Shown here: piece by piece, positions 62,786 through 64,000 of the stretch
Layout of the letters: each line of letters opens with the position of its first letter
Numbering within the stretch: the stretch's first letter is position 1
NCBI GenBank assembly: GCA_024686215.1
Contig: JAIBDN010000005.1
Location: 4,924-68,923 of the forward strand
DNA: 64,000 bases
Direction: 5' to 3'
Source: Gammaproteobacteria bacterium
GTDB taxonomy: Bacteria; Pseudomonadota; Gammaproteobacteria; Pseudomonadales; Halieaceae
Translations under genes and position numbers: made by a program
Notes under the pieces: generated by a model
The model's database searches: none
What the model saw: only the letters and a program-made list of their open reading frames with translations
What the model was told of the DNA's origin: nothing

Positions 62786-63059
62786 GCCCCGAGGGCCACA
62801 GCCTACTGCAGCCGGACAGCAACCAGCCCGGGTGAAAGTTAGTATCTACTTACATAATGTGTCTTCTGAACACATTTAAAACCACTTAATTGCTTCCTTT
62901 GGTAACAGATTATGTGAATTTTTCATGAAAATTCGTTGCCGGGGTGTAGACCTTGGGGCATACTTCCGTTCCCGCTGCAAGTAAGCCGCAGAGGGAAGCT
63001 TGGCAACGTGTTTTTTCATTCGTTTAGCGTCACCATTCCGTAAGAGGGATAAGGTAGAT

Positions 63060-63944
63060 ATGCGAACTTACAGCACCAATGTTCAGTTACAATCCGCGCT
63101 TCGCGACTTTCGCCAGAAGGGCCAGACGATTGCTTTTGTACCCACCATGGGTAATTTGCATGAAGGTCACCTGGATCTCGTGCGCAAGGCACAATGCCTT
63201 TGCGACGTGGTCGTCGTCAGTATTTTCGTAAATCCCCTGCAATTTGGCGCCAACGAAGATCTGGACGCCTACCCACGCACCATGGCCGCGGATAAAGAAA
63301 AGCTATTCAGCGAGGGCGTGCATGTGTTGTACGCCCCTGCAGTGGAAGAAATCTACCCTGAGGGCATGGCTACACAGACCCAGGTACAGGTGCCCGACCT
63401 CGGTGATACCCTGTGTGGCAGCAGCCGACCGGGGCATTTCGACGGGGTTACCACCGTCGTCAGCAAGTTATTCAACATCGTACAGCCAGATCTGGCTGTA
63501 TTTGGGGAAAAGGATTTTCAGCAGCTGTCCATCGTGCGCAAAATGGTCAAAGACCTGTGCATGCCAATCGAAATTGTCGGCGTAGCCACCGTCAGAGATG
63601 AAGATGGCGTGGCCAAGAGTTCTCGCAACGGTTACCTGAATCCAGACCAACGCGCTATCGCACCGGTTATGCACCAAACTCTGAACAGCTGCCGCGAAGC
63701 CATCGCCTGCGGCTTCGACAACTTCCTCCAGCTTGAGTCCCATGCCCGTATGAAATTACTGCAGGCTGGCTTCGAGCCCGATTATTTCGCCATTCGCGAC
63801 GCACGCACTTTGCAGACAGTCACCGCAGAGACCGAAGAAATCGCCATTCTGGCCGCTGCGGGCCTGGGCGACACGCGTCTGATCGACAATGTGCGACTGG
63901 CACTTAACCCGGTGTCTGACTGGGGCATGCTGGCCGACGGCTAA
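63060..63944 (+). CDS. panC: pantoate--beta-alanine ligase
   Basis: FVPTMGNLHEGHLDLV (HIGH-like), FGEKDFQQ and SSRN motifs. I chose ATG 63060. Confidence 0.93.
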   Translation: MRTYSTNVQLQSALRDFRQKGQTIAFVPTMGNLHEGHLDLVRKAQCLCDVVVVSIFVNPLQFGANEDLDAYPRTMAADKEKLFSEGVHVLYAPAVEEIYPEGMATQTQVQVPDLGDTLCGSSRPGHFDGVTTVVSKLFNIVQPDLAVFGEKDFQQLSIVRKMVKDLCMPIEIVGVATVRDEDGVAKSSRNGYLNPDQRAIAPVMHQTLNSCREAIACGFDNFLQLESHARMKLLQAGFEPDYFAIRDARTLQTVTAETEEIAILAAAGLGDTRLIDNVRLALNPVSDWGMLADG

Positions 63945-64000
63945 AACCCCGCGGCAGTAGTTCTGCCGCCGTACCCTCACCTGGCGCTACCACCCCCAAC

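Overview
This looks like a chromosomal core region of a moderately GC-rich gammaproteobacterium. Gene order resembles Pseudomonas and Cellvibrio-type genomes. I found no rRNA or tRNA genes, CRISPR arrays, transposases or integrases. Coding density is high and many genes overlap start to stop.

Gene content in order:
- Purine catabolism: allB (runs off the window), xdhC, xdhB, xdhA and a RutR-like TetR regulator.
- An alpha/beta hydrolase, cmoA-cmoB, lon with a sigma-32-type promoter, and a DUF1820 gene.
- miaB-phoH-ybeY-corC-lnt and a hemerythrin.
- Two related ~115-bp palindromic elements, then leuS-lptE-holA.
- An SOS mutasome (imuA, imuB, dnaE2). Unrelated genes split it into three pieces, and each piece has its own near-consensus LexA box.
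- napEDABC with no napF.
- DUF3604, an esterase and an exported Pcm.
- argG disrupted by a frameshifting internal deletion.
- pyrC and rnt, then a tightly coupled mpl / RND-MMPL / YkgJ / Lon-N operon.
- A PFK and a pyrophosphatase.
- An aminotransferase, sfsA, an M15 peptidase, dksA and gluQ.
- A small cbrX-like ORF overlapping cbrA, then cbrB.
- pcnB-folK-dNK-panB-panC.

The strongest non-coding signal is in the cbrB-pcnB spacer. It holds an exactly spaced sigma-54 promoter followed by an AT-rich, two-module RNA with seven AAUAAC repeats and two related terminator-like hairpins. I read this as a CrcZ-type Hfq/Crc sponge sRNA.

All functional calls rest on my own recognition of motifs in the translations. 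No database search was run.
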